Source: Saprospiraceae bacterium
GTDB taxonomy: Bacteria; Bacteroidota; Bacteroidia; Chitinophagales; Saprospiraceae
Length of the DNA stretch: 37,941 nucleotides
NCBI GenBank assembly: GCA_013361075.1
Contig: JABWAJ010000001.1
Coordinates: 1 to 37,941 of the forward strand
Direction of reading: 5' to 3'
Within the stretch, counting starts at the first letter, position 1. Every line of letters begins with the position of its first letter. Under the pieces are notes generated by a model. It ran no database searches and was not told the origin of the DNA. It was given only the letters and a program-made list of their open reading frames with translations. Position numbers and translations under genes: made by a program. This document shows, one piece after another, positions 7,878 to 15,838 of this stretch.

Positions 7878-8936
7878 TTACTGCTTCACTATCTGCCGGT
7901 AAATTACCCCGTTTTCGGTTTGGAGGGCACACCAATACCACCCCGAAGGCATTTCATACAGATTCAGTGAAAAAACACCGGTCGGGGGTGCTGTTTCCGA
8001 CAGGTAAAGTTTGCCGCTAAGGTCAAACACGCGTACTTCCAGAACATTCAGTTTGCCCGGATCAATCCATACCGATGCCCATGCAGGCGTGGGGTATATT
8101 TTTAAATCCTCCAGCGGCGATGTTTCGCCAATGCCTGTAATGGTAAAGAGGAAAGGCGCTGAAAAAACCGTACAGCCGCTGTTGTCGCTAACCCTTACCG
8201 TATAGGTCCCGTTTTCCACCGGGGTATAGGTGCCAGCTGTTGCACCGGGGATCGTTTGACCGTTCAACAACCACTGGAAGGCCGGACCGGAAGAACTAAT
8301 GAGTGTAGTGCCTTGCTGGGTAATAACGGGTACAGCAGGCCCGAGGAAAGTAAATGTGGGGCCTACGCCTGAGTTGAGTACGATTTCAGGGCAAACTGCC
8401 GGAGAAGCAAAAATGACGTAAGTACCTGATTCCCTGACCCAGAAATTGGATTCGGTAGCGCCTGCAATGGGTTCGCCATCCTGGTACCATTGAAAATTGA
8501 CATACCCGCCGAAAGGAACGTAAATTTCTGTGGAATCACCATTGCAAAATTCGCTTTGCCCATCGGAGGCGATTACCGGCGATAAAAAAGCCCAGGAATC
8601 AATCAACACGGCAGGAGAAGCTTCGGAACAGCCATTTTTTGTAGCCACTACATAAAAGTAGGCAAAACCCCAGTAGCTGATGTCTACCAGATACAATTCG
8701 CTCGTAGCCCCGTCAATGGCCGTACCTCCGGTGTTGGTGTTGCTGAAGGAATAATACCACTGATAAGAATCAAACGCTCCGGCACTCAGTTTAACCGTAT
8801 CACCAGGGCAATACACATTGCCGTCTGCCATCGGATCAATCCCAATGGCTACCTCAAAATCACACTGAGCAACAAGCGGTTGGGTGCCCATCAGCAGAAA
8901 AAAAAGAATGGTAAGAATAAACAGTCGTTGATGCAT
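7878..8936 (-). CDS. secreted Ig-like-repeat protein with T9SS type A C-terminal sorting domain
   Basis: Track ORF 7878..8972; the likely start is 8936 (MHQRLFILTILFFLLMGTQPLVAQ signal peptide). Three repeats of the type C-x-GD(S/T)...(F/Y)QW(Y/L)..G..I.GAT...Y....G.Y.V. C-terminal LKIYPTPAWASVWID...VRVFDLSGKLY...GWYWCALQTENGVIYRQIVKQ is T9SS CTD-like. Confidence 0.75.
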   Translation of the reverse strand: MHQRLFILTILFFLLMGTQPLVAQCDFEVAIGIDPMADGNVYCPGDTVKLSAGAFDSYQWYYSFSNTNTGGTAIDGATSELYLVDISYWGFAYFYVVATKNGCSEASPAVLIDSWAFLSPVIASDGQSEFCNGDSTEIYVPFGGYVNFQWYQDGEPIAGATESNFWVRESGTYVIFASPAVCPEIVLNSGVGPTFTFLGPAVPVITQQGTTLISSSGPAFQWLLNGQTIPGATAGTYTPVENGTYTVRVSDNSGCTVFSAPFLFTITGIGETSPLEDLKIYPTPAWASVWIDPGKLNVLEVRVFDLSGKLYLSETAPPTGVFSLNLYEMPSGWYWCALQTENGVIYRQIVKQ

Positions 8937-9064
8937 CGTTATTTTTTTTAGGTCAAGACGGTCCTTAATCACCGTCGGGTTGGGCAGGACCTTTCAACCA
9001 GGTTAATCTTTCTGGTTAAAGTATCCCCGTAGTTGCGTAATTTTAACGCCACATTCTTTATTTC

Positions 9065-10252
9065 ATGGATCGCGAAGCAACCAACCTTTTTGAAGCGTTT
9101 CCGGAGATTTCCAAAGCGCAGTGGATCGAGCAAATTGGCAAAGACCTCAAAGGGAAACCTTATGCCGATTTGTTATGGCAATTGGAACCCGACCTCGTTA
9201 TGGAACCCTTTTACCATCCCGACGATGGTTTTTCGGCCATGGAGCCGCTTACCGGCGGCAAACATTTCAACGACTGGGAAGTAGGAGAATCCATTGACGT
9301 AACGGATGAAGGCAAAGCCAATACCGAAGCCATTGAAGCTTTGATGGGCGGGGTAAACGCACCGCTTTTTGCTTTGAAAAAACCAGTGGACGATGCCGGG
9401 ATGGATCGCTTGCTGGCACGGATCGAGCCGGAATATGTCTCCCTTCATTTTGGAGAATACCACAGCGATAAAGACCCTGGCCATCTTTTTGAATTGTTGC
9501 AGCAATGGGTTACCCGCCAGGGTAAGGACCCTGTTTTGGTAAAAGCCTCGCTGGATTTTGACCCGTTTTTCGACTGGAGTCAGCCCCCTGTAGCGTTGCT
9601 GGCCGATATGATTCGCTCCTGCGAAGCCGAATGGCCCTCTTTTAAACCCCTACAGGTCAATACCGGCCGGTTTTATGCCGGTACCGAAGCCACAAGCGAC
9701 GAGCTGGCGCTTTCCATAGCGAAAGGCAGCGATTATCTGGCTTTGCTTGGCGCAAAAGGGTTGGCACCGGAACTCGTAAACCGCCACCTGCAATTTGCCG
9801 TAGATATTGGTACCAGTTATTTTGTTCAGATTGCCAAAATCCGGGCGCTTCGCCTGTTGTGGGCCAACGTACTGGCCGGGTATGGGGTTAGTGATGCTCC
9901 GGCTGTGCCAATTATAGCCCATTTTGCTAAAGAATCGCAGGATGAAAATGTGCACACCAATATGATCCGGGCGGCTACCCAGGCCATGTCGGCCATAATT
10001 GGCGGGGCTGATCGGCTGTATGTGCTGCCTGCCGGCGCTTCAATCGGCGACGAAGCTACGCCCTTTCACCGGCGGATCGCGCGCAACGTGCAGCATTTGC
10101 TCCAGTTGGAAAGCCACCTCGGGTACGTGACAGACCCCGCAGCGGGCAGTTACTACATCGAGCGATTGACGACTCTGCTTGCTGAAAAAGCCTGGAGTAA
10201 GTTTCAGGATATTGAGAAAAACGGAGGGTATCTGAGCTTTAAGGGGTTTTGA
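9065..10252 (+). CDS. mutA: methylmalonyl-CoA mutase small (beta) subunit-like protein, apparently C-terminally truncated; no mutB follows
   Basis: 395 aa. ...FPEISKAQWIEQIGKDLKGKPYADLLW...EPFYHPDD..., IAKIRALRLLWANVL, MSAIIGGADRLYVLP, RIARNVQHLLQLESHL, DPAAGSYYIERLT, FQDIEKNGGYL match the MutA family. Family members I recall continue for roughly 60-90 further residues after ...KNGGFL.... Here the frame stops 7 codons later. Confidence 0.7.
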   Translation: MDREATNLFEAFPEISKAQWIEQIGKDLKGKPYADLLWQLEPDLVMEPFYHPDDGFSAMEPLTGGKHFNDWEVGESIDVTDEGKANTEAIEALMGGVNAPLFALKKPVDDAGMDRLLARIEPEYVSLHFGEYHSDKDPGHLFELLQQWVTRQGKDPVLVKASLDFDPFFDWSQPPVALLADMIRSCEAEWPSFKPLQVNTGRFYAGTEATSDELALSIAKGSDYLALLGAKGLAPELVNRHLQFAVDIGTSYFVQIAKIRALRLLWANVLAGYGVSDAPAVPIIAHFAKESQDENVHTNMIRAATQAMSAIIGGADRLYVLPAGASIGDEATPFHRRIARNVQHLLQLESHLGYVTDPAAGSYYIERLTTLLAEKAWSKFQDIEKNGGYLSFKGF

Positions 10253-10406
10253 ATACTATCAAAGAGGACAGGAATTCGCCATCCTGACCGCTGAAATCAG
10301 TCGCGCAACCTTCGGGCTTACGCCTTCCAAATACAAAGACCTGAAAGGGTTGACTTGTGAGAATCTGCGCGACCACATGACCGGTCTGGAGTTGATCTTT
10401 TTCTAA
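10236..10406 (+). pseudogene. internal fragment of a DinD (DNA-damage-inducible protein D)-like gene, with no start codon
   Basis: Frame 3 is open 10236-10403 with stop 10404-10406: ...FEYYQRGQEFAILTAEISRATFGLTPSKYKDLKGLTCENLRDHMTGLELIFF*. It parallels E. coli DinD ...DFAIFQNHGYQGLYGGLDQKAIHQRKGLKKNQKILDHMGSTELAANLF.... Both the N- and C-terminal parts of the family are missing. Confidence 0.45.
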
Positions 10407-10473
10407 CAAAATAAAATTTGGACACTACCGCTTTAGCTGCCTTCCCTAAACATTTCTTTAAGCCCCTTTTACT

Positions 10474-10481
10474 TATTTTTG
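10474..10481 (+). promoter_or_regulatory. candidate -7 box (TAttTTTG) upstream of the Y_Y_Y/LuxR regulator gene
   Basis: Match to Bacteroidota TAnnTTTG, 27 nt upstream of the GTG start at 10508. No clear -33 element. Confidence 0.3.
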
Positions 10482-10507
10482 CCTCATAAATGAGATAAGC
10501 AGATAAC

Positions 10508-13300
10508 GTGTACGACCTATTTAAGCATAAATTTTTCAAAATATGGCTCCTTCTGCTCCCCGCAAGTAGCCCGCTCTTCCTGTTTGCTCTCGAAGCGCCC
10601 CGGGTCATCAATTTTTCCAAAGCGCAATACCAGGCACAAAACCAAAACTGGATGATTGCCCAGGACAACGACTGGCGCATGTATTTTGCCAATTCTGCCG
10701 GACTGATGCAGTTTGACGGCACCAAATGGAAAGTGCAACCCATCGCCGACCGACGTACACCGAGGGCCATTGTGTGCGACAAAAAAGGGCGCTTGTATTG
10801 GGGTGCTTTTGGGGCATTCGGGTATTCAGAAGGGATTGGTTCTCCGGAAAAAGAACATCAACTTTGGCGATTGCTGCGCGATACGGTAAGTGTGCAAAAA
10901 GCACAGCGCGAAGAAATCTGGAATATTTTGATACACAATGACTTTGTGTTGTTCCAGTCTTTTGCAATCATTTATAAATACTACCCGGAAACGAACGTAC
11001 TTGAAGACATTACACCACCGGGTAACATCATGTTTGTGCACGACCTGGGCGAAAAGCTGCTGGTGCAGGTCATTGGCAAAGGCATTTACGAACTCACCCC
11101 CCGCAATGAATTCATTTTTCAGGAAGGCACACAACAGCTGGGAACCGCCATTGTAAAAAGCATCCTTCCTGCCTCCGACGGCAGTTGCCTCATTGCCACA
11201 GAACACAACGGGGTATTCCGGTACGCATCCGGCTCCCTGAAAACCTGGAATGCCAACTTTGATGCCATTGCGCGCATCAACCAACTCAACAAAGGCATCC
11301 GGCTTGCCAATGGCAATTATGCATTCGGCACGATCCTCGACGGGGTCTTTATTCTGGATCCGAACGGCGCGCTCCTTTACCACCTCAATCGAAGCGAGGG
11401 GCTGCAAAACAATACAGTACTGGCTCTTTACGAAGACAACACCGGAAACCTCTGGCTGGGATTGGATAAGGGCATAGATTTGATCGAACTGAATTCCCCG
11501 GTGGTGTATTACACCGATAAAAAAGGCAAACCCGGGGCCGTTTACACCGCTGCCATTTTTGAAAATAATTTGTACATCGGAGCCAATCAGGGGGTGTTTT
11601 ACAAACCCTGGCCTTCTACCGGAAAAGATTTTCAGTTGCTGGAAGGCACACAGGGGCAGGTTTGGGAGCTTCGCGTTCTGGACGGGCAATTGTTGTGCGG
11701 CCACAACGAAGGCACTTTTGCCATTGCCGGAAAAAAAGTGTCAAAAATATCTTCCGTCACTGGCGGCTGGGTCATGCAACTCCACCCTACCCAACCCGAC
11801 ATCCTGCTGCAAGGTACCTATACCGGGGTTATTGTGTTGCGCAAAAACAAGGCTGGACGGTGGCAATTCTCCCACCGCATCGAAGGATTCATTGAACCAG
11901 TGAAGCGTCTGTTGTTTGACTCGGAGGGGTACGTTTGGGTTGCCAATCCCTACAAAGGCTTGTATCGGCTGAAGTTGTCCGAAAATTTGCAGTCCTGGAC
12001 TGAAATCAGGCCATACGGCACAAAAGATGGACTGCCTTCCGAATTTAAAGCCGATATTTTTCGGTTTAATGGTGCCCTGGTGACCCATTCGGCCGGAAAG
12101 CTGTTTTTTTATGACAAAAACAACCAGTGGAAGCCATTTGAACAACTCCAGGGGACGGGCAGGGCTTTTACGTTTGCTCCCGGCGAATGGTTTGAAGTGT
12201 ATGCAGATGAGGTGAAATGGGTGCGGGCCAAAAGCACTCATACCCTTCCCCTGTCGCTGATTCCGGATTTTGAAAGCATTTTGTCGCTGGGTGACGGCAG
12301 CTATCTTTTTTGTCTGGAAGACGGGTATGCACTGATTGACGGCAACCACGCCCGCCATAATTTCTCGCAAACACTCCCCCCGCCAATGATTCTGGAGGTA
12401 GGAATCGGGGGCCCCGACCCTCTGAACATTTATCTTGGCAAACAAACCGGAGAATGGGTTTTATTGCCCACTCAAAATGATTTTATTTTTCAGTTCACTT
12501 TACCCATATACACCAAAGCGCCTGATTTTCAATACCAATTAGAAGGTTTTTCTTCAGAATGGTCGCCATGGGGCAAAGTATCCGTCAAAGAATTCACCAA
12601 CCTGCCGCCGGGGAAATATACCTTCCGCGTCCGGTCCGGTTCTTCCGATGAGGTACTCAATTTTCCTTTTTTGATTCGTCCGCATTGGTATCAAACGGCT
12701 TGGGCGGCCTTGCTGTTTCTTTTGCTGGTGTGGATGCTGATTGCCATCGGCCTGGTTTGGCACCGCCAGCGGCTCGGAAAACAGCGCCGCCGCCTGTTGC
12801 TGGAAAAAGAACGCGAACTGGAACAACAGCGCATCCGGGCTGCCAATGAAAAACTGCAATCTGATGTCATTGGAAAAAGTCAGGAACTGGCCAATTCTAC
12901 CATGAACCTTGTGCGCAAAAACGAAACCCTGATGGAAATCAAAGAAGAGTTGGCACAAGCCAAATCCAATGCAGGCGGTACTTTTCCAACAGCCAATTAC
13001 CGCAAATTGCAACGCCTGATCGAGGACAACCTTTCTTCTGAGCAGGACTGGAAGCTGTTTGAAACCAATTTTAATCAGGTGCATGAGGCTTTTTTCAACC
13101 GCCTGAAAGCGCAATTCCCGGAACTTACCCCCGGTGATCTGAAACTCGCCGCTTATCTGAAAATGAATTTATCCTCGAAAGAAATCGCTCCCCTCCTCAA
13201 TATTTCCGTTCGTGGTGTAGAAAACAAACGCTACCGGCTGCGTCAGAAAGTGCATCTAGACAATGACGCCAACCTTACCGAGTTTATGATCCATTTCTGA
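10508..13300 (+). CDS. one-component sensor-regulator: two-component-regulator beta-propeller repeats + Y_Y_Y domain + TM + LuxR-type HTH
   Basis: 930 aa, GTG start per the track. Propeller-blade motifs (GLMQFDGTKW, NGVFRY, DGVFILD, NTVLALYEDNTGNLWLGLDKGI, QGVFYKP). Y_Y_Y region FQYQLEGFSSEWSPWGKVSVKEFTNLPPGKYTFRVR. TM helix AALLFLLLVWMLIAIGLVW. C-terminal HTH LTPGDLKLAAYLKMNLSSKEIAPLLNISVRGVENKRYRLRQKV. Confidence 0.8.
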   Translation: MYDLFKHKFFKIWLLLLPASSPLFLFALEAPRVINFSKAQYQAQNQNWMIAQDNDWRMYFANSAGLMQFDGTKWKVQPIADRRTPRAIVCDKKGRLYWGAFGAFGYSEGIGSPEKEHQLWRLLRDTVSVQKAQREEIWNILIHNDFVLFQSFAIIYKYYPETNVLEDITPPGNIMFVHDLGEKLLVQVIGKGIYELTPRNEFIFQEGTQQLGTAIVKSILPASDGSCLIATEHNGVFRYASGSLKTWNANFDAIARINQLNKGIRLANGNYAFGTILDGVFILDPNGALLYHLNRSEGLQNNTVLALYEDNTGNLWLGLDKGIDLIELNSPVVYYTDKKGKPGAVYTAAIFENNLYIGANQGVFYKPWPSTGKDFQLLEGTQGQVWELRVLDGQLLCGHNEGTFAIAGKKVSKISSVTGGWVMQLHPTQPDILLQGTYTGVIVLRKNKAGRWQFSHRIEGFIEPVKRLLFDSEGYVWVANPYKGLYRLKLSENLQSWTEIRPYGTKDGLPSEFKADIFRFNGALVTHSAGKLFFYDKNNQWKPFEQLQGTGRAFTFAPGEWFEVYADEVKWVRAKSTHTLPLSLIPDFESILSLGDGSYLFCLEDGYALIDGNHARHNFSQTLPPPMILEVGIGGPDPLNIYLGKQTGEWVLLPTQNDFIFQFTLPIYTKAPDFQYQLEGFSSEWSPWGKVSVKEFTNLPPGKYTFRVRSGSSDEVLNFPFLIRPHWYQTAWAALLFLLLVWMLIAIGLVWHRQRLGKQRRRLLLEKERELEQQRIRAANEKLQSDVIGKSQELANSTMNLVRKNETLMEIKEELAQAKSNAGGTFPTANYRKLQRLIEDNLSSEQDWKLFETNFNQVHEAFFNRLKAQFPELTPGDLKLAAYLKMNLSSKEIAPLLNISVRGVENKRYRLRQKVHLDNDANLTEFMIHF

Positions 13301-13551
13301 TTCATGGATTTATGGGCTGTTTTTCCGGATATTTTTCGGACAGTTCCTAAAAAATTTCCGAAAAAACAGGGCTGAATTTCCTGAAATACAATTCCATTAT
13401 TTCATTATCCCTGTATTATCAGTGAATTATAAATTGAAAAATTGAATGCATGGGAAATCCTGTCTTTTGGCGCTATTTTTTCAATAGACAAGGCATTACC
13501 GGTTGCAACTGAGTTTGACTGAAACACTATTCAGAAACAAATTTCTAGATC

Positions 13552-13947
13552 ATGGCAACTGCATTCATCTTTCTGGTTGTGGCTTTGGTCGCAATCGGGC
13601 TGGTAACAACAGTGGAGGGAAATGCAAAGCGCCGGTCTGAATACTATGAGGAAAGAAACAAAGAAGTTATTCCGTTTGATAAACGCAATTTGTTGCCTCG
13701 TGGCTACCAAGGCCGGGTTTTGGCTATGCCTGCCCACACTCAAGGAGTTTACGACGACGCGTATGCTGCCGCATACACCCAAGACAGAAGAAACAGGAAG
13801 TCAAATAGATCTGGCAACCAAAGACTTACAGCAACATTGCTGTTTTCAATGCTCATTATCATCACTCTGGCTTATGCTGCCATGCGCAAAAAAGAGCACA
13901 CAGCATCGAGCCCATTCAACAAGGCGGAGCTTTACCTTAAATATTGA
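13552..13947 (+). CDS. hypothetical small membrane protein (2 predicted TM helices)
   Basis: 131 aa. N-terminal TM AFIFLVVALVAIGLVTTV, a charged middle, and a second TM LTATLLFSMLIIITLAYAAM. Followed by a good terminator. Preferred over the overlapping 13622..13963 ORF. No family recognised. Confidence 0.45.
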   Translation: MATAFIFLVVALVAIGLVTTVEGNAKRRSEYYEERNKEVIPFDKRNLLPRGYQGRVLAMPAHTQGVYDDAYAAAYTQDRRNRKSNRSGNQRLTATLLFSMLIIITLAYAAMRKKEHTASSPFNKAELYLKY

Positions 13948-13964
13948 AATCTCATGTACTTAGG

Positions 13965-14001
13965 GAGGTCTGCGGTCTTTGTACCGCAGGCCTTTCATTT
14001 T
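13965..14001 (+). terminator. rho-independent terminator-like hairpin after the 131-aa gene
   Basis: GGTCTGCGGT (13967-13976) pairs with ACCGCAGGCC (13983-13992): 10 bp with one G-U, 6-nt loop. Followed by TTTCATTTT. Confidence 0.55.
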
Positions 14002-14282
14002 GAACATGCTTTACACCGCCCCTGAGGAAGTTTATACTGAGATTGGCATATTTTTTGAGGCTTTTGTGGAACGAATATACGACTGTTACACGTAGAGAAA
14101 CCACTCCTCCTTTGCTTCAGTTTTGCGTTAAGCATTTCAGCAAATTAAAAAAAAACAGACCACCAAAAGGCGGGCCCCTCCCGCGCCTTGCGGTAAGTTA
14201 CCGACGATACTATCGAAACCGACGTTGGAGCAACACACAAAAGGTATGAGCGAACATACACACTTTTTTGAAAAAAAAATGA

Positions 14283-15653
14283 GTGGCCATGACAGCATCC
14301 AAGTATGTTTCAAGGCATCTCCCGCAAATTCCTAAGAAGGGGAAAAAAGAGATTCCTGCCTATCGGCTTCGTTTGGAAACGTACCTCAAAAACGAACTTA
14401 CGAAGCTCAAAAAACTGCACGTTGGGTCGCCCGACGATGCCCATACCTTTTTATTGCTGGACCGCAAGATCGCAGATAAACCTGTACGGGCCTTTTTTGC
14501 AGGTGAAATATTCGCGTTTATCCGGCGATCTGCCCAACAGGAAGGTCTGTTGCTGCATACGGAAGACTCCCATCTCTTCAGGCAGGTGATTCCTTTCGTA
14601 ACCGAAGTTGTCATTTCCATCCAGTATTTTCACAACCAGATACTGGACAGCAAAGCGGGGGTTACTTGCCGCAATAAAAAACAAATAGATCAAAACCTGC
14701 TTTCAGCTAACCTCCTCAAAGAATACCTCTACGAATACATCGAACAGGAAACTGCGCCGGAACACGCGGGGATCATCACCCGGTACGTACGTCGCATTTT
14801 TAAATATGTGGACGTCGGTCAGCAAACCGAAAAAAAATGGAATACTTACGAAAGCTTCGAACAGGGTTCTTACAAAAACAGGCAATTTCATCCGGAAATT
14901 GAAGCTTTTGCAAACCCGGAACGGGTGGCTCCCCTGCTGGAAACCCTGCGCAGGTTCTACCCCGAGCGCGGCGACTATGCAGATGCTTACCTGCAGCGCA
15001 TTGCACTCACTTCGGCAGCTTTGTTCGTACTTAATGCCGAAATGATCCTGGAATTGAGCGGATATACAGGCAACGCCCGGCAACCCATACTGGAGTTTGC
15101 CTGGTTTTATGGCATGATGCAACAAGTCATCAACGACAATGCCGATGTGGTGCCTTCCCGGTTCAACCACGAAACAACTGAAAAAACTGCCAGTGACGCC
15201 TTCAGCGATGCCCGCAACCACAATGTAACGCTGCCTTTGTTCCTGCATCTGGAAAACATGCGCCATGTACCGGAAAACTATGAACCTGACCTGGTTAAAT
15301 CCATCCTGCAACGCCCTTTCCATGTAACGCTGACCAACCGCGAAGAAGAACGGATGTTTCTGGAATTGAGGACTTCCGGTGCCCTTTACCTGTCGATTGA
15401 TATTGGCAAATATTTCGCAGCCATGGCGCAAAATTGTTTAACCGATGCTGCTTTGTCCGATTGTCAAAGCCTCTTGTCGCTGTGCGAAGTAGCAGACTGG
15501 AACCGATACATTTACGACTGTTACAACAAAAAGGATCCGCACAACAAACGACTGCGCAAACGCTATAAAGACAGCCCGCTTTACGCGGCCATGTCCGCAC
15601 TGACCGGGCATGCCAAATCAGCAGCCGTGCAGCATCAAATGGTCAATCCTTGA
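14283..15653 (+). CDS. trans-isoprenyl diphosphate (polyprenyl) synthase-fold protein with degenerate Asp-rich motifs; function unknown
   Basis: 456 aa (GTG 14283, or more likely ATG 14289). It is collinear with polyprenyl synthase landmarks. DKPVRAFFAGEIFAFI matches GKRxRPxL. EVVISIQYFHNQILDSK matches vELIHtaSLiHDDlxD. VGQQTE matches GQxxD. YLQRIALTSAALF matches YxxxIxxKTAxLf. FAWFYGMMQQVINDNADV matches fGxxlGxaFQIxDDxlD. KTASDAFSDARNHNVTLPLFL matches GKxxgxDlxxgKxTxPxl. FARM is H-N-Q-I-L-D (14631-14648) and SARM is N-D-N-A-D (15132-15146). Confidence 0.6.
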   Translation: MAMTASKYVSRHLPQIPKKGKKEIPAYRLRLETYLKNELTKLKKLHVGSPDDAHTFLLLDRKIADKPVRAFFAGEIFAFIRRSAQQEGLLLHTEDSHLFRQVIPFVTEVVISIQYFHNQILDSKAGVTCRNKKQIDQNLLSANLLKEYLYEYIEQETAPEHAGIITRYVRRIFKYVDVGQQTEKKWNTYESFEQGSYKNRQFHPEIEAFANPERVAPLLETLRRFYPERGDYADAYLQRIALTSAALFVLNAEMILELSGYTGNARQPILEFAWFYGMMQQVINDNADVVPSRFNHETTEKTASDAFSDARNHNVTLPLFLHLENMRHVPENYEPDLVKSILQRPFHVTLTNREEERMFLELRTSGALYLSIDIGKYFAAMAQNCLTDAALSDCQSLLSLCEVADWNRYIYDCYNKKDPHNKRLRKRYKDSPLYAAMSALTGHAKSAAVQHQMVNP

Positions 15654-15759
15654 TGCGAAGGATTGCTTGGGAAGCAGAAAACCTTGCCCCAAAAACCCTA
15701 AAGAACAGGGCGCAACAAAATGCTTGCTTGCCGCAATGAATTTCCTTGAGCACAACCGT

Positions 15760-15788
15760 TTGCAATCCAGCCAATTTCGCTAATTTTG
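15760..15788 (+). promoter_or_regulatory. candidate Bacteroidota sigma-A promoter (-33 TTG / -7 TAatTTTG) for the 1138-aa gene
   Basis: TTG at 15760-15762, an 18-nt spacer, then TAATTTTG at 15781-15788 (consensus TTG-N17-23-TAnnTTTG), 51 nt upstream of ATG 15839. Confidence 0.45.
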
Positions 15789-15838
15789 AGCACGGCAACA
15801 CGCCGGTAGCATTGGGAAACACAAAAAAATAGCGGATC

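Noticed and set aside
13622-13963. 113-aa ORF overlapping the 131-aa membrane-protein ORF in another frame
   Set aside because: Its product is Cys/Thr-rich with no hydrophobic organisation. The 13552..13947 frame gives two clean TM helices and ends just before the terminator hairpin.
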